A stretch of 64,000 bases of DNA from Deltaproteobacteria bacterium (GCA_052390235.1 JBQTHB010000003.1:192001-256000), one strand, 5' to 3'; numbered from the stretch's first letter, positions 19,025 to 27,401 are shown. Notes: a model not told the origin generated them from the sequence alone. Program-made: numbers and translations.

Positions 19025-20146
19025 ATGACAATTGTTGATTGGTTTTTTTTCACGACGATATTGATTTTGTGCTTATCCACGATTTATTTTCTCCAGGCAG
19101 GAGAAAATAAGCCGCTGTTTCCCAGACTGAGATTCTGGAAACCGAAGAAGGCTGAATCGCCCAAGCCCGCAGCGGAGAAGAAACCCCAGGCTACCCCAAC
19201 CGGAGCGGATACCAAGCCTGCCTCATCAGACCCATTCGCATCTGCCAGCCCCGTTGGGGAGACAGTCAAAGCCGCCGAGGTCAAGGTTCAGCAGTCCCAG
19301 TCCGTGCCGGACACGGTCAAGCCGGTAGGTCAGGCTGCGGCGTCTGCCAAGCAGGTTGTAGCCGAGACTAAGCCCGCGCCTGCGACTCCAGCGGATACCA
19401 AACCCGCCTCATCAGACCCATTCGCATCTGCCAAGCCGGCGGGGGAGACGGTCAAAGCCGCCGAGGTGAAGGTTCGGGAGTCCCAATCTGCGCCGGACAC
19501 TGTAAAGCCGGTAGGTCAGGCTGCGGCGTCTGCCAAGCAGGTTGTAGCCGAGACTAAGACCGCGCCTGCTACTCCAGCCGAGACCAAACCCGCCTCATCA
19601 GACCCATTCGCATCTGCCAAGCCAGCAGGGGAGACAGTCAAAGCCGCCGAGGTCAAGGTTCAGCAGTCCGCATCCGCGCCGGACACCGTAAAGCCGGTAG
19701 GTCAGGCTACTGCGTCTCCTAAGCAGGTTGTAGCCAAATCCACTCCCGCGCCGACTCCAGCACAGAAGCCTGCCTCCTCAGACCCATTCGCTTCTGCCAG
19801 CCCCGTTGGGGAGACGGTCAAAGCCGCCGAGGTGAAGGTTCAGCAGTCCACATCCGCGCCGGACACCGTAAAGCCGGTAGGTCAGGCTACGGCCACTCCT
19901 AAGCAGGTTGTAGCCGAGACTAAGACCGAAGCCGCTCATCCAGACGTTTGCACGTGCTTTATTTGCAAACCAGCCAAAGAAGAAGCCAAATCCACTCCCG
20001 CGCCTGCTACTCCAGCCGAGACGAAGCCCGCCTCCTCAGACCCATTCGCATCTGCCAAGCCGGCAGGGGAGACGGTCAAAGCCGCCGAGGTCAAGGTTCA
20101 GCAGTCCGCATCCGCGCCTGATACCGTAAAGCCGCGGGGCGTGTGA
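19025..20146 (+). CDS. membrane-anchored Pro/Ala/Thr/Lys-rich protein with ~62-aa tandem repeats
   Basis: GAGGAG RBS, TTGACA at 18934, N-terminal hydrophobic helix, repeats vary mostly at third codon positions. Confidence 0.85.
   Translation: MTIVDWFFFTTILILCLSTIYFLQAGENKPLFPRLRFWKPKKAESPKPAAEKKPQATPTGADTKPASSDPFASASPVGETVKAAEVKVQQSQSVPDTVKPVGQAAASAKQVVAETKPAPATPADTKPASSDPFASAKPAGETVKAAEVKVRESQSAPDTVKPVGQAAASAKQVVAETKTAPATPAETKPASSDPFASAKPAGETVKAAEVKVQQSASAPDTVKPVGQATASPKQVVAKSTPAPTPAQKPASSDPFASASPVGETVKAAEVKVQQSTSAPDTVKPVGQATATPKQVVAETKTEAAHPDVCTCFICKPAKEEAKSTPAPATPAETKPASSDPFASAKPAGETVKAAEVKVQQSASAPDTVKPRGV
19190..20135 (+). repeat. coding tandem repeat, ~186-bp unit, about 5 copies
   Basis: CCTC(A/C)TCAGACCCATTCGC recurs at 19221, 19407, 19593, 19773, 20031 (spacings 186, 186, 180, 258). 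Confidence 0.95.
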
Positions 20147-20324
20147 GAGTACTAGGATTTTTGAAGTAGATGAGGCGTATCAGGGGATGAGTCTCGCATC
20201 TGCGCAAGGTTAAGCCGTTCGAGGGGTGAAAATCCAGCGGGCGGCTTTTTAAATTTTGATTCGGATGGAGTATAATAGTCTGACTACGAAAGCAAGTAGA
20301 GCAATTGCCGGGAGGATAATGACG

Positions 20325-21944
20325 ATGAAAAAATTGCCGCTTTTCATAGTAACGGTTTTAATGTTTTTCTCTCCCTTTTTAAAATCCCTAAGCGTCGCTC
20401 AGGAAGAGGGCGGAGTCCAGAGGCTGCTACTCGGATTGAAACCCGCTGTCGTTTTCATCTATGTGAATATCAAAGGGTGGGTAAATATCAACGGCAGGGA
20501 GTATCAACCCGACCAGGTCAACGGATTCGGCTCAGGGTTTATCGTCAACCCAGACGGCTATTTGATTACAAATGGCCATGTGGTTGACAACTATAACGCC
20601 TCAAACGAGACGCGGCTCGAAGGGGATTTTATCTGGAGCACGGTTTTAAAATTTCTAATCCCAGAGGAAGAGGCGCGCCAAGGCAGGCGTTTTTCAGACC
20701 AAGAAAAACGAACCATAGCCATTGAACTCTACAATCAGCTTTACTCCAAAGCGCAGGTTACGATAAAAAAAGACCTGCTCGTATTCCTCTCGAACGGGGA
20801 ACACTATCCGGCGGAGATTAAGGCATTCAGCCCTCCCCTCAGCCAGCTTCCGGGCAAGGTGTCTTATCCCGGAGCAAGCGAAAAGGTGGAGACTGGCAAA
20901 GACGTTGCCGTGCTGAAAATCGAGGGGCGAAATCTCCCGACCGTTCCCCTTGGAGACTCGGCTAATCTGCAACTCGGAGAACCGATCTACGTTATCGGAT
21001 TCCCCGGAGTGGTGTTTGACCAGGCGTATCTGAGCCAAAAAACCCAGCTCGATGCAACCGTCTCAAGCGGCCAGGTTTCGGGCGCAAAGCTCGATGTCAA
21101 GGGGACTCCGGTAATTCAAACCGACGCTCCGGTTACTTGGGGAAACAGCGGAGGGCCCGCATTCAACGCCAAGGGCGAGGTAATAGGGATTCCGACGTTC
21201 ATCAGCATAAGTCAAAGCACGGGGACTCCTCAGGCGATTCAGGGATTTAATTTTCTAGTGCCTGTGAACACCGCCAAGGAGTTCGTCAGAACATCTGGCG
21301 TTGACCTTGCGCAGCCGAGCCTGTTTAACAAACTCTGGTACGAGGCGCTTGGCCTCTACGCCAAGGGGCAGTACAGAGAAACCCTCGCCAAGCTCGACGA
21401 AGTGATGCGGATTCTGCCCAATCAGCCCGACGCAAGAAAGCTCCAAGTCGCCTCGCAGGAGAGAATCGCCAATCAGCCCCAGCAGAGCGGTGGAAAATCC
21501 ATGGTGAAGGTGGCAGCGCCGATACTCCTGATGATAGTGGTCGTGGCGGTTCTCGCCTATGTAGCGCAGAGCAGAAAAAAATCCAAGGGCGGCGAATATC
21601 AGCCCTCTGCGGCGGAGACAACCGCTCCATCAAAGACATACAAGGCGGCGGGCTTGCTCATATCGGAGGGCGGCAAATCCCATCAGATAACCGGCTCTGG
21701 AATCAAAATCGGCAGAGACCCGAATAAAAACCAAATCGTCATAGACAACGACGGGGTATCGCGCGAACACGCCTGGGTCGGCGCGGAAGGCGGAGGCGTC
21801 GTGGTTAGAGATTTAAACTCCCTCAACGGCACATACATAAACTCAACCGCTGGCAACCGCGTCAAAAGCGAGCCGCTCAGAGAGGGAGACGTTGTAATCA
21901 TCGGCAAAGGGAAGTTCGCCTCGTTTACCTATAAATCAAGCTAG
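20325..21944 (+). CDS. exported trypsin-like serine protease-TPR-like-TM-cytoplasmic FHA protein
   Basis: Signal peptide; GSGFIV, TNGHVV, DVAVLK, GNSGGP triad; TM VAAPILLMIVVVAVLAYV; FHA IGRD, SREHA, SLNGT. Confidence 0.92.
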   Translation: MKKLPLFIVTVLMFFSPFLKSLSVAQEEGGVQRLLLGLKPAVVFIYVNIKGWVNINGREYQPDQVNGFGSGFIVNPDGYLITNGHVVDNYNASNETRLEGDFIWSTVLKFLIPEEEARQGRRFSDQEKRTIAIELYNQLYSKAQVTIKKDLLVFLSNGEHYPAEIKAFSPPLSQLPGKVSYPGASEKVETGKDVAVLKIEGRNLPTVPLGDSANLQLGEPIYVIGFPGVVFDQAYLSQKTQLDATVSSGQVSGAKLDVKGTPVIQTDAPVTWGNSGGPAFNAKGEVIGIPTFISISQSTGTPQAIQGFNFLVPVNTAKEFVRTSGVDLAQPSLFNKLWYEALGLYAKGQYRETLAKLDEVMRILPNQPDARKLQVASQERIANQPQQSGGKSMVKVAAPILLMIVVVAVLAYVAQSRKKSKGGEYQPSAAETTAPSKTYKAAGLLISEGGKSHQITGSGIKIGRDPNKNQIVIDNDGVSREHAWVGAEGGGVVVRDLNSLNGTYINSTAGNRVKSEPLREGDVVIIGKGKFASFTYKSS

Positions 21945-21961
21945 CAAAAAGGGGATAACCC

Positions 21962-23230
21962 ATGGTTGGCAAGGAAATAGGTCCCTACAGAATTCTGGAG
22001 AAAATCGGTCAAGGCGGCATGGGTCTCGTGTACAAGGGCGTGCATGCGAAACTCGAGCAGGAGGTCGCAATAAAAGTCCTCTCGCCTGAATACACAAACG
22101 ACGAGTCCATGCGGGCGAGGTTTATCCAAGAGGCAAAGATTCAGGTAAAGCTCTCTCATCCGAACGTCGTCAATATTCTCAATTATCTGGAAGATGGAAG
22201 GGACATTTTCCTGGTGATGGAGTACGTCAAAGGGGAAACGCTGGAAAGTCAGCTTAAAAAATCCGGCAGAATGGCCCTTCAAAAAGCCTCGGCGGTCTGC
22301 CTGAGTGTGCTGGAGGCGCTGTCGTTCATGCACTCGCGCGGGGTGATTCACCGCGACATAAAGCCGAGCAACATAATGTTCACCGAGGACGGGGCGGTCA
22401 AGGTTACCGACTTCGGCATCGCCAAGGTGAAGGGCGAGAAAGGGCAGACCAAAACGGGAATGCGTATCGGCACGCTTTGGTATATGTCGCCGGAGCAGAT
22501 AAAGGGGCAGGAAGCGGATATGGCTTCGGACATCTATTCGCTGGGGATAACGTTTTATCAGATGGTTACGGGGAGAGTCCCGTTCACGGGAAACTCGGAA
22601 TATACGGTTATGAAGGGGCATCTGGAGCAACAGCCCCCTGCGCCGTGGGATATTAATAAGAGCGTCTCGCGGGAGTTCGGAGGGGTTATTCTCAAATCCA
22701 TCGCCAAAGAGCCGAAGGGCAGATACGCGACGGCGAGAGAATTTTCGGGGGATTTAAGGGCGGCATTAAAAGACGGCGAGGCGGCCGAGGTAACTGCAGT
22801 AGCCCACCCTAGAGCCTCAAGAATACTCCCCTCGTTTGAGCTGAACAGAAAGCAATCCCTCGCCGTGCTTGCGGGGCTTGGCATAATTCTGATGCTCATA
22901 ATTGCCTTCATGCTCAAAGGAGAGGACAGAGAAGAAGGCGCGTCCTTCCCCCTGACGGCAGTATCCCCTTCCGATGCCGTCTCGAAGGATAACGCCTCTG
23001 TAGCCGGAGACGGAGATTCGCCCGACGCTAAGAGCGCAGCGCTAGACGCCACTGGTGAGCCAAGTCCCGTTGCCGAGCCGAAGGCAGAACCCCTAAAAGA
23101 AGAGCCGGGCGGAACAGCCGTATCCGAGCTTCCGGCGGCAGAGGATGCCGCTGAGCCGGCGACTGGAGAGACACCCGCGCCCAAAAAAGCCGCTCAGAAG
23201 AGAGATGGCGGTTGGAAAATTAAAAAATAA
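21962..23230 (+). CDS. Hanks-type Ser/Thr protein kinase with TM and low-complexity extracytoplasmic tail
   Basis: GQGGMG, VAIK, HRDIKPSN, DFG, GTLWYMSPE, DIYSLG; TM LAVLAGLGIILMLIIAFML. Confidence 0.97.
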   Translation: MVGKEIGPYRILEKIGQGGMGLVYKGVHAKLEQEVAIKVLSPEYTNDESMRARFIQEAKIQVKLSHPNVVNILNYLEDGRDIFLVMEYVKGETLESQLKKSGRMALQKASAVCLSVLEALSFMHSRGVIHRDIKPSNIMFTEDGAVKVTDFGIAKVKGEKGQTKTGMRIGTLWYMSPEQIKGQEADMASDIYSLGITFYQMVTGRVPFTGNSEYTVMKGHLEQQPPAPWDINKSVSREFGGVILKSIAKEPKGRYATAREFSGDLRAALKDGEAAEVTAVAHPRASRILPSFELNRKQSLAVLAGLGIILMLIIAFMLKGEDREEGASFPLTAVSPSDAVSKDNASVAGDGDSPDAKSAALDATGEPSPVAEPKAEPLKEEPGGTAVSELPAAEDAAEPATGETPAPKKAAQKRDGGWKIKK

Positions 23231-23246
23231 CCCCGGAGATTGCCCA

Positions 23247-23750
23247 ATGAAACCCGCCGCTTGCATTTTGACTCTCATCGCTCTAATCCTCGCCGGATGC
23301 TCTCAGACAACGACTGCGATTAAAGACATCCAGCAAAAAGCCCTGATTTCCATCCGCAAGCCCGGAGAGAAAATGTCCTCCTCGCCAGAAGATACGGCGA
23401 AGAGATACGCCTGCGCATTTGGGAGGCAGAACAGGCTCATCGTGGAAGAGGTTGACGCAGTCCCCGACCGCATCTCCGCCGGAGACGAAATAAACCAGAG
23501 AATCCGCTACGCATTCTGCCCCGCGAAACCCTCAGGCACGGAGAGGGGCAGAATCACAAGGTCAATCCTCTACAGAGGGCAGACCGTCTTCGAGGATACA
23601 GGGGTTTATGAATTCAAGCCCGGCACGTGGACCGTTGACGCATTCATTGAAGTGCCGACGCAGGCAAAGAGTGGGGTCTATGCCGTGGAGGTTTCAATTT
23701 CATATAGCCAAGACAACATTAGACGGAGCAATTCGTTCGTCGTTAAATAA
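23247..23750 (+). CDS. hypothetical lipoprotein (beta-rich)
   Basis: GGAG RBS; MKPAACILTLIALILAGC lipobox; inside kinase operon. Confidence 0.82.
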   Translation: MKPAACILTLIALILAGCSQTTTAIKDIQQKALISIRKPGEKMSSSPEDTAKRYACAFGRQNRLIVEEVDAVPDRISAGDEINQRIRYAFCPAKPSGTERGRITRSILYRGQTVFEDTGVYEFKPGTWTVDAFIEVPTQAKSGVYAVEVSISYSQDNIRRSNSFVVK

Positions 23751-23782
23751 CCGGCGATTTATCTAGAGGAGGACTTATAGTA

Positions 23783-24313
23783 ATGTTCTGCACGGCTTGC
23801 GGATGTGAAATCCCGGACACTTCGAGGTTCTGCATGGAATGTGGAATCTCAATGGAAGAGAGCGATATGACAAAACGGCTCGAAGGCTTAGGGTCAACGA
23901 AAATCTACTTCGGCGCGGAAGATAAAAACCCGCCCGATTTTGCCTCCACAGAGCTATACGCCGAAAGCGAAATGGGCAGAACCGTCATTTTCAACGCCGA
24001 GGAGCAGAGAAAACCCATATTAGGATGGATTGTCCCGACCGAGGGCAAAGACGCTTGGAGGGTGTTTAAGCTGACAGTTGATGACGGGCAGTTCGTCTTG
24101 GGCGGGGCGGAGGAATGCGCTATCAGGCTCGAAGATAAGTCAATTGACCCGAGGCACGCAAGCATAAGGCTTAAAGACGGCAAGATTTATATCACCGATT
24201 TGGATTCGTCCTCCGGCACGTCCATCAACAACGCTCAAATATCAAAAGCCGAGCTTCATGACGGAGACGAGATAAAAATCGGAAGCGCGACGCTCAAATT
24301 CAGAAAACTATAG
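23783..24313 (+). CDS. zinc-ribbon + degenerate FHA domain protein
   Basis: CTAC...FCMECG ribbon; FHA-like fold (HASI, DLDSSSGT, L.DGDEIKIG). Confidence 0.9.
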   Translation: MFCTACGCEIPDTSRFCMECGISMEESDMTKRLEGLGSTKIYFGAEDKNPPDFASTELYAESEMGRTVIFNAEEQRKPILGWIVPTEGKDAWRVFKLTVDDGQFVLGGAEECAIRLEDKSIDPRHASIRLKDGKIYITDLDSSSGTSINNAQISKAELHDGDEIKIGSATLKFRKL

Positions 24314-24326
24314 GAATCTAGGCTAT

Positions 24327-25265
24327 ATGCCCGTCCAAATCTTCGGAGCAACCGACAGAGGCTTGGTCAGACCGGAAAACGAGGATTCTTTTCTCACCTA
24401 CGAGCTGACAGCCGGCGAGATGAGAGTAGAAAAAGGCGCTCTTGCCATTGTCGCCGACGGCGTCGGAGGCTCCTCTGGGGGCAGGCAGGCAAGCCAGATG
24501 GCAGTAGAGATTATAAAAGAAAACTACTACAGAATATCGGCGGCGCGCTCCCTCGGAGAGTCGCTCCAAATAGCCAATTCTCAAATCTACGCCAAAGCCC
24601 AGCGGGAGCAAAAACCAAGGGGGCTTGCCACGACTTGCACGGCTCTTGCCGTAATTGGAGACGAAGCCCGAATCTCTCACGTGGGCGATAGCCGCGCATA
24701 TCTCCTTCGCAGAGGGAGGCTCTCTCAAATCACCGAAGACCACACGCTTGTAAATAAACTCGTACAAGAGGGACTGCTCACGCCCGCGCAGGCAAGGGCG
24801 CACCCGCACAGAAACGTCATAGTAAAAGCCCTAGGGAGCGGCGGGGAGATTAACCCGGACAACTTGACTCTCTGCCTCGAAGACGGAGACCTCATCTTGC
24901 TGTCGAGCGACGGGCTTCACGGACTGGTAACGGATGCGGAGATTGAATACGCCCTCGGCAAATCCGTATCCCTCGAGGAGCGCGGAAAATTCCTGATTAA
25001 TCTGGCGAATCAAAAGGGGGGAGCCGATAACATCACCGTCGTCATAGTTTCTTTCAGGGATGCGGCGGAGAATTTCAGCGACACAAAGCCCCTTAGCGCA
25101 AGCCCGCGCGCGGGGTCTTGGATAAACCGAAACAAAATCGGGCTTCTGCTGGGATTTATCATATTCTCGGCTGTAGCGGGGGGGCTACTGCTCTATGAAT
25201 TCGGCGATAGGCGCGGTCAACCCCCGGCGGCGGATAATTTCGAGGAAGTGATAGAGGTCAATTAG
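24327..25265 (+). CDS. PP2C/PPM-family Ser/Thr phosphatase (Stp1/PrpC-like) with C-terminal TM
   Basis: TDRGLVR..NED, VADGVGG, HVGDSRAY, SDGL, GGADNITV. Confidence 0.96.
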   Translation: MPVQIFGATDRGLVRPENEDSFLTYELTAGEMRVEKGALAIVADGVGGSSGGRQASQMAVEIIKENYYRISAARSLGESLQIANSQIYAKAQREQKPRGLATTCTALAVIGDEARISHVGDSRAYLLRRGRLSQITEDHTLVNKLVQEGLLTPAQARAHPHRNVIVKALGSGGEINPDNLTLCLEDGDLILLSSDGLHGLVTDAEIEYALGKSVSLEERGKFLINLANQKGGADNITVVIVSFRDAAENFSDTKPLSASPRAGSWINRNKIGLLLGFIIFSAVAGGLLLYEFGDRRGQPPAADNFEEVIEVN

Positions 25266-25301
25266 CCCTGCCTCTCGCGCTCTTCTCGGGGTTTTAGACG
25301 C

Positions 25302-25338
25302 AGAAAAAAGAGAGCCGCATCCGAGAATACGACTCTCC
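25302..25338 (-). terminator. intrinsic terminator
   Basis: Minus strand GAGAGTCGTAT-loop-ATGCGGCTCTC-TTTTTT. Confidence 0.7.
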
Positions 25339-25361
25339 CGATTGGGTTTTGTTCTAAAGCG

Positions 25362-25508
25362 CTATGCCCTCTTTCTTCGGACTAAAGCCAAGCCCAGAAG
25401 ACCGGAGACGAGGAGAAGAGCCGTTGCAGGTTCTGGAACGGCGGCGGCTACAGGCTCAAACCTGAGATTATTAAGCCCTCCACTAGCAAATCGGTCTATT
25501 TCACCCAT
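25362..25508 (-). CDS. 48-aa PEP-CTERM-only protein or gene remnant
   Basis: VPEPATALLLVSGLLGLALVRRKRA* canonical PEP-CTERM; ATG 25508 after GGGGGG. Confidence 0.6.
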   Translation of the reverse strand: MGEIDRFASGGLNNLRFEPVAAAVPEPATALLLVSGLLGLALVRRKRA

Positions 25509-25569
25509 TTTGCCCCCCCGGAGATAACCAAGAGAATTTATCGGGGACAAATTGCATAGAGAAAAAAAC

Positions 25570-26097
25570 CTACTTTGCAGACCAGAGTATATTGCCGTCC
25601 TTATCGTAGAGAACCACGTCGGGGTTGCCGTCGGAAAGGGTGGCGAGCCTGAGATTATTTCTGCCATCTCTGTTGTGGAAAGCGATAAGGGGGTTCCCGT
25701 CGGGCTTGATGACGACCTCGATTTTGGACGCGCCTGCCCTATCCGAGATGATAATCCCCGCGCTGTCGGGCGAGACGGCGAGCGAGACGGCGTCCCTGCC
25801 CCTGCCATCCGAGAGGGAGACAGTAGGGTTGCCGTCCGGGGCGAGGGAGAGCTTTATCCGCGTCCTGCCGGATTTATCAAACATCGCTAGACGCGGGGTT
25901 TGATTCGCCTGCAAGCCAAGCTCGGCGCGGGGTTTGCCGCGGCTGTCGGTGAGGATAAATTTTTCGGCGGATAAGATTCTCGCCGACTCCTCCGCCGCCA
26001 CTGCGGGCTGAACGCTCGCAGCTCTCACGAAATACGCCCCAATGACCGCTCCCGCAAATGCCGCAATTACCGCGATAATCGCCAGTTTTAAGTTCAT
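25570..26097 (-). CDS. exported protein with ~23-aa beta-repeats
   Basis: GGAGG RBS, N-terminal hydrophobic segment, repeated DGNP.....D..G..R..L units. Confidence 0.8.
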   Translation of the reverse strand: MNLKLAIIAVIAAFAGAVIGAYFVRAASVQPAVAAEESARILSAEKFILTDSRGKPRAELGLQANQTPRLAMFDKSGRTRIKLSLAPDGNPTVSLSDGRGRDAVSLAVSPDSAGIIISDRAGASKIEVVIKPDGNPLIAFHNRDGRNNLRLATLSDGNPDVVLYDKDGNILWSAK

Positions 26098-26274
26098 TCC
26101 CGCCTCCTCCTTGCGTTTTTGGATAATTATTCACTCGCGGCAATTTCAACGCAAGGGGTTTTGGGCGATGCCAATTTTCGCAAATAGGAAAATTTTTCCA
26201 AAGCCCGCCTCAAAATGTCATTCGTATAGAAGCAGAGACGGCAAACGCCTTATCCAAGATTTCTCGCCCCCGGG

Positions 26275-26380
26275 CAGAGCCTGTAGCGAGCCGAGTCGAA
26301 TTACTCAGGATGTAGTCCATCGAAGCGCTCAGGATATAGGTCAATTCCAAACCCTTCACACCGAGCGGAGTCGAGGTATC
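26275..26380. repeat. REP-like intergenic element
   Basis: CCGAGCGGAGTCGAGG / GAGCCGAGTCGAA motifs; 26344-26376 matches the reverse complement of 32798-32830 at 31/33. Confidence 0.65.
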
Positions 26381-26394
26381 TCATCTGTGAATCC

Positions 26395-27399
26395 CTAGAG
26401 GATGACGTCGCGCTTCATCGCAAGGAGAAGCCAGAAGAAGAAAATCCCCCCAATCGCCGCCGTAACTATCCCCACAGGGATTTCAACGGGCAGAAGAGCG
26501 GTTCTCGCCACTGCGTCCACACCCGTAAGAAACGCCGCCCCGAGCAAGAACGAGCATGGGAAAATGAGCCGATTATCCACGCCGAGAATCATCCTCAGAA
26601 CGTGGGGAACGATAAGCCCTACAAAACCTATGGGACCCGTAACCGAGACAACCGACGCAACGGCCAGAGAAGTGGCGAAATAAACCGTCTTCTCCACTCG
26701 GCGCACGTTCACCCCAAGCGACGAGGCAACGTCGTCCCCAAGGGCGAACAGGTTCATATCCCTCGTTACCGAAAGCAGAATCACGCACGCAGGAATCGCC
26801 AGCAGAGCCGTTTTCCAGACCGCCTCAATCCCGACAATATCGAGGCTTCCCATTATCCAGCGCATCGTCTGAAGGGACTGCGTAAAATCCGAGAAGAACT
26901 GTATAAAAAGCACGAACGCAGAATAGAGAAAATTCACCACCACGCCGGCAAGCAGAAGCCTCCCAACAGAGACAATCCCCCGCACTTTCGACGCCGAATA
27001 GACGAAAAATATCGTAGCCATCGAAAACACAAACGACAGAAACGCAACCGGCGAAAATCCCAAAACCCCCTGAGCGACGCCGAGCCTTATGGCAAGGAGC
27101 GCGCCCAGCGATGCCCCTCCTGAGATTCCGAGGGTAAAGGGCGAGGCAAGGGAATTGCGAAAAAGCGCCTGAAGAGCGGCGCCAGAAATTGCAAGCGTCC
27201 CGCCGGCTAGGGTCGCCATGAGGATTCTTGGGATTCGGATTTCGAGATAGACCGTCTTCGAGAGGGCATCGCCCGCGAATAGGGCGCCCGCGAGGCTCGC
27301 ATCGAACGCGCCGGCAAAGAGACTCGCCCCAGCCGTAGCGAGCCACAGGAGGGTGAGGGCAAGGAGCGAGAGGGTGAGTTTTTTCTTAATATTTGGCAT
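26395..27399 (-). CDS. btuC: cobalamin/iron ABC transporter permease (FecCD/BtuC family)
   Basis: IRIPR, LFRN.LASPFTLGISGGA, GPIGFVGLIVPH, EIPVG. Confidence 0.9.
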   Translation of the reverse strand: MPNIKKKLTLSLLALTLLWLATAGASLFAGAFDASLAGALFAGDALSKTVYLEIRIPRILMATLAGGTLAISGAALQALFRNSLASPFTLGISGGASLGALLAIRLGVAQGVLGFSPVAFLSFVFSMATIFFVYSASKVRGIVSVGRLLLAGVVVNFLYSAFVLFIQFFSDFTQSLQTMRWIMGSLDIVGIEAVWKTALLAIPACVILLSVTRDMNLFALGDDVASSLGVNVRRVEKTVYFATSLAVASVVSVTGPIGFVGLIVPHVLRMILGVDNRLIFPCSFLLGAAFLTGVDAVARTALLPVEIPVGIVTAAIGGIFFFWLLLAMKRDVIL

Positions 27400-27401
27400 T
27401 T

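Noticed and set aside
19190..20135. 186-bp repeats as CRISPR or DGR template/variable repeats
   Set aside because: Coding tandem repeats with mostly synonymous variation, not adenine-specific; no reverse transcriptase or cas gene in the window.
21941..23184. Long antisense ORFs 21941-22630 and 22558-23184
   Set aside because: Antisense shadows of the kinase gene, typical of GC-rich codon usage; the same applies to most short overlapping ORFs in the track.
20325..25265. Type VI secretion locus
   Set aside because: Kinase/PP2C/FHA resemble T6SS regulators, but no tssA-M, hcp, vgrG or clpV genes are in the window.
25509..25808. Long version of the PEP-CTERM ORF (148 aa)
   Set aside because: The 5' part is an out-of-frame overlap with the better-supported 25570-26097 gene and lacks a signal peptide.
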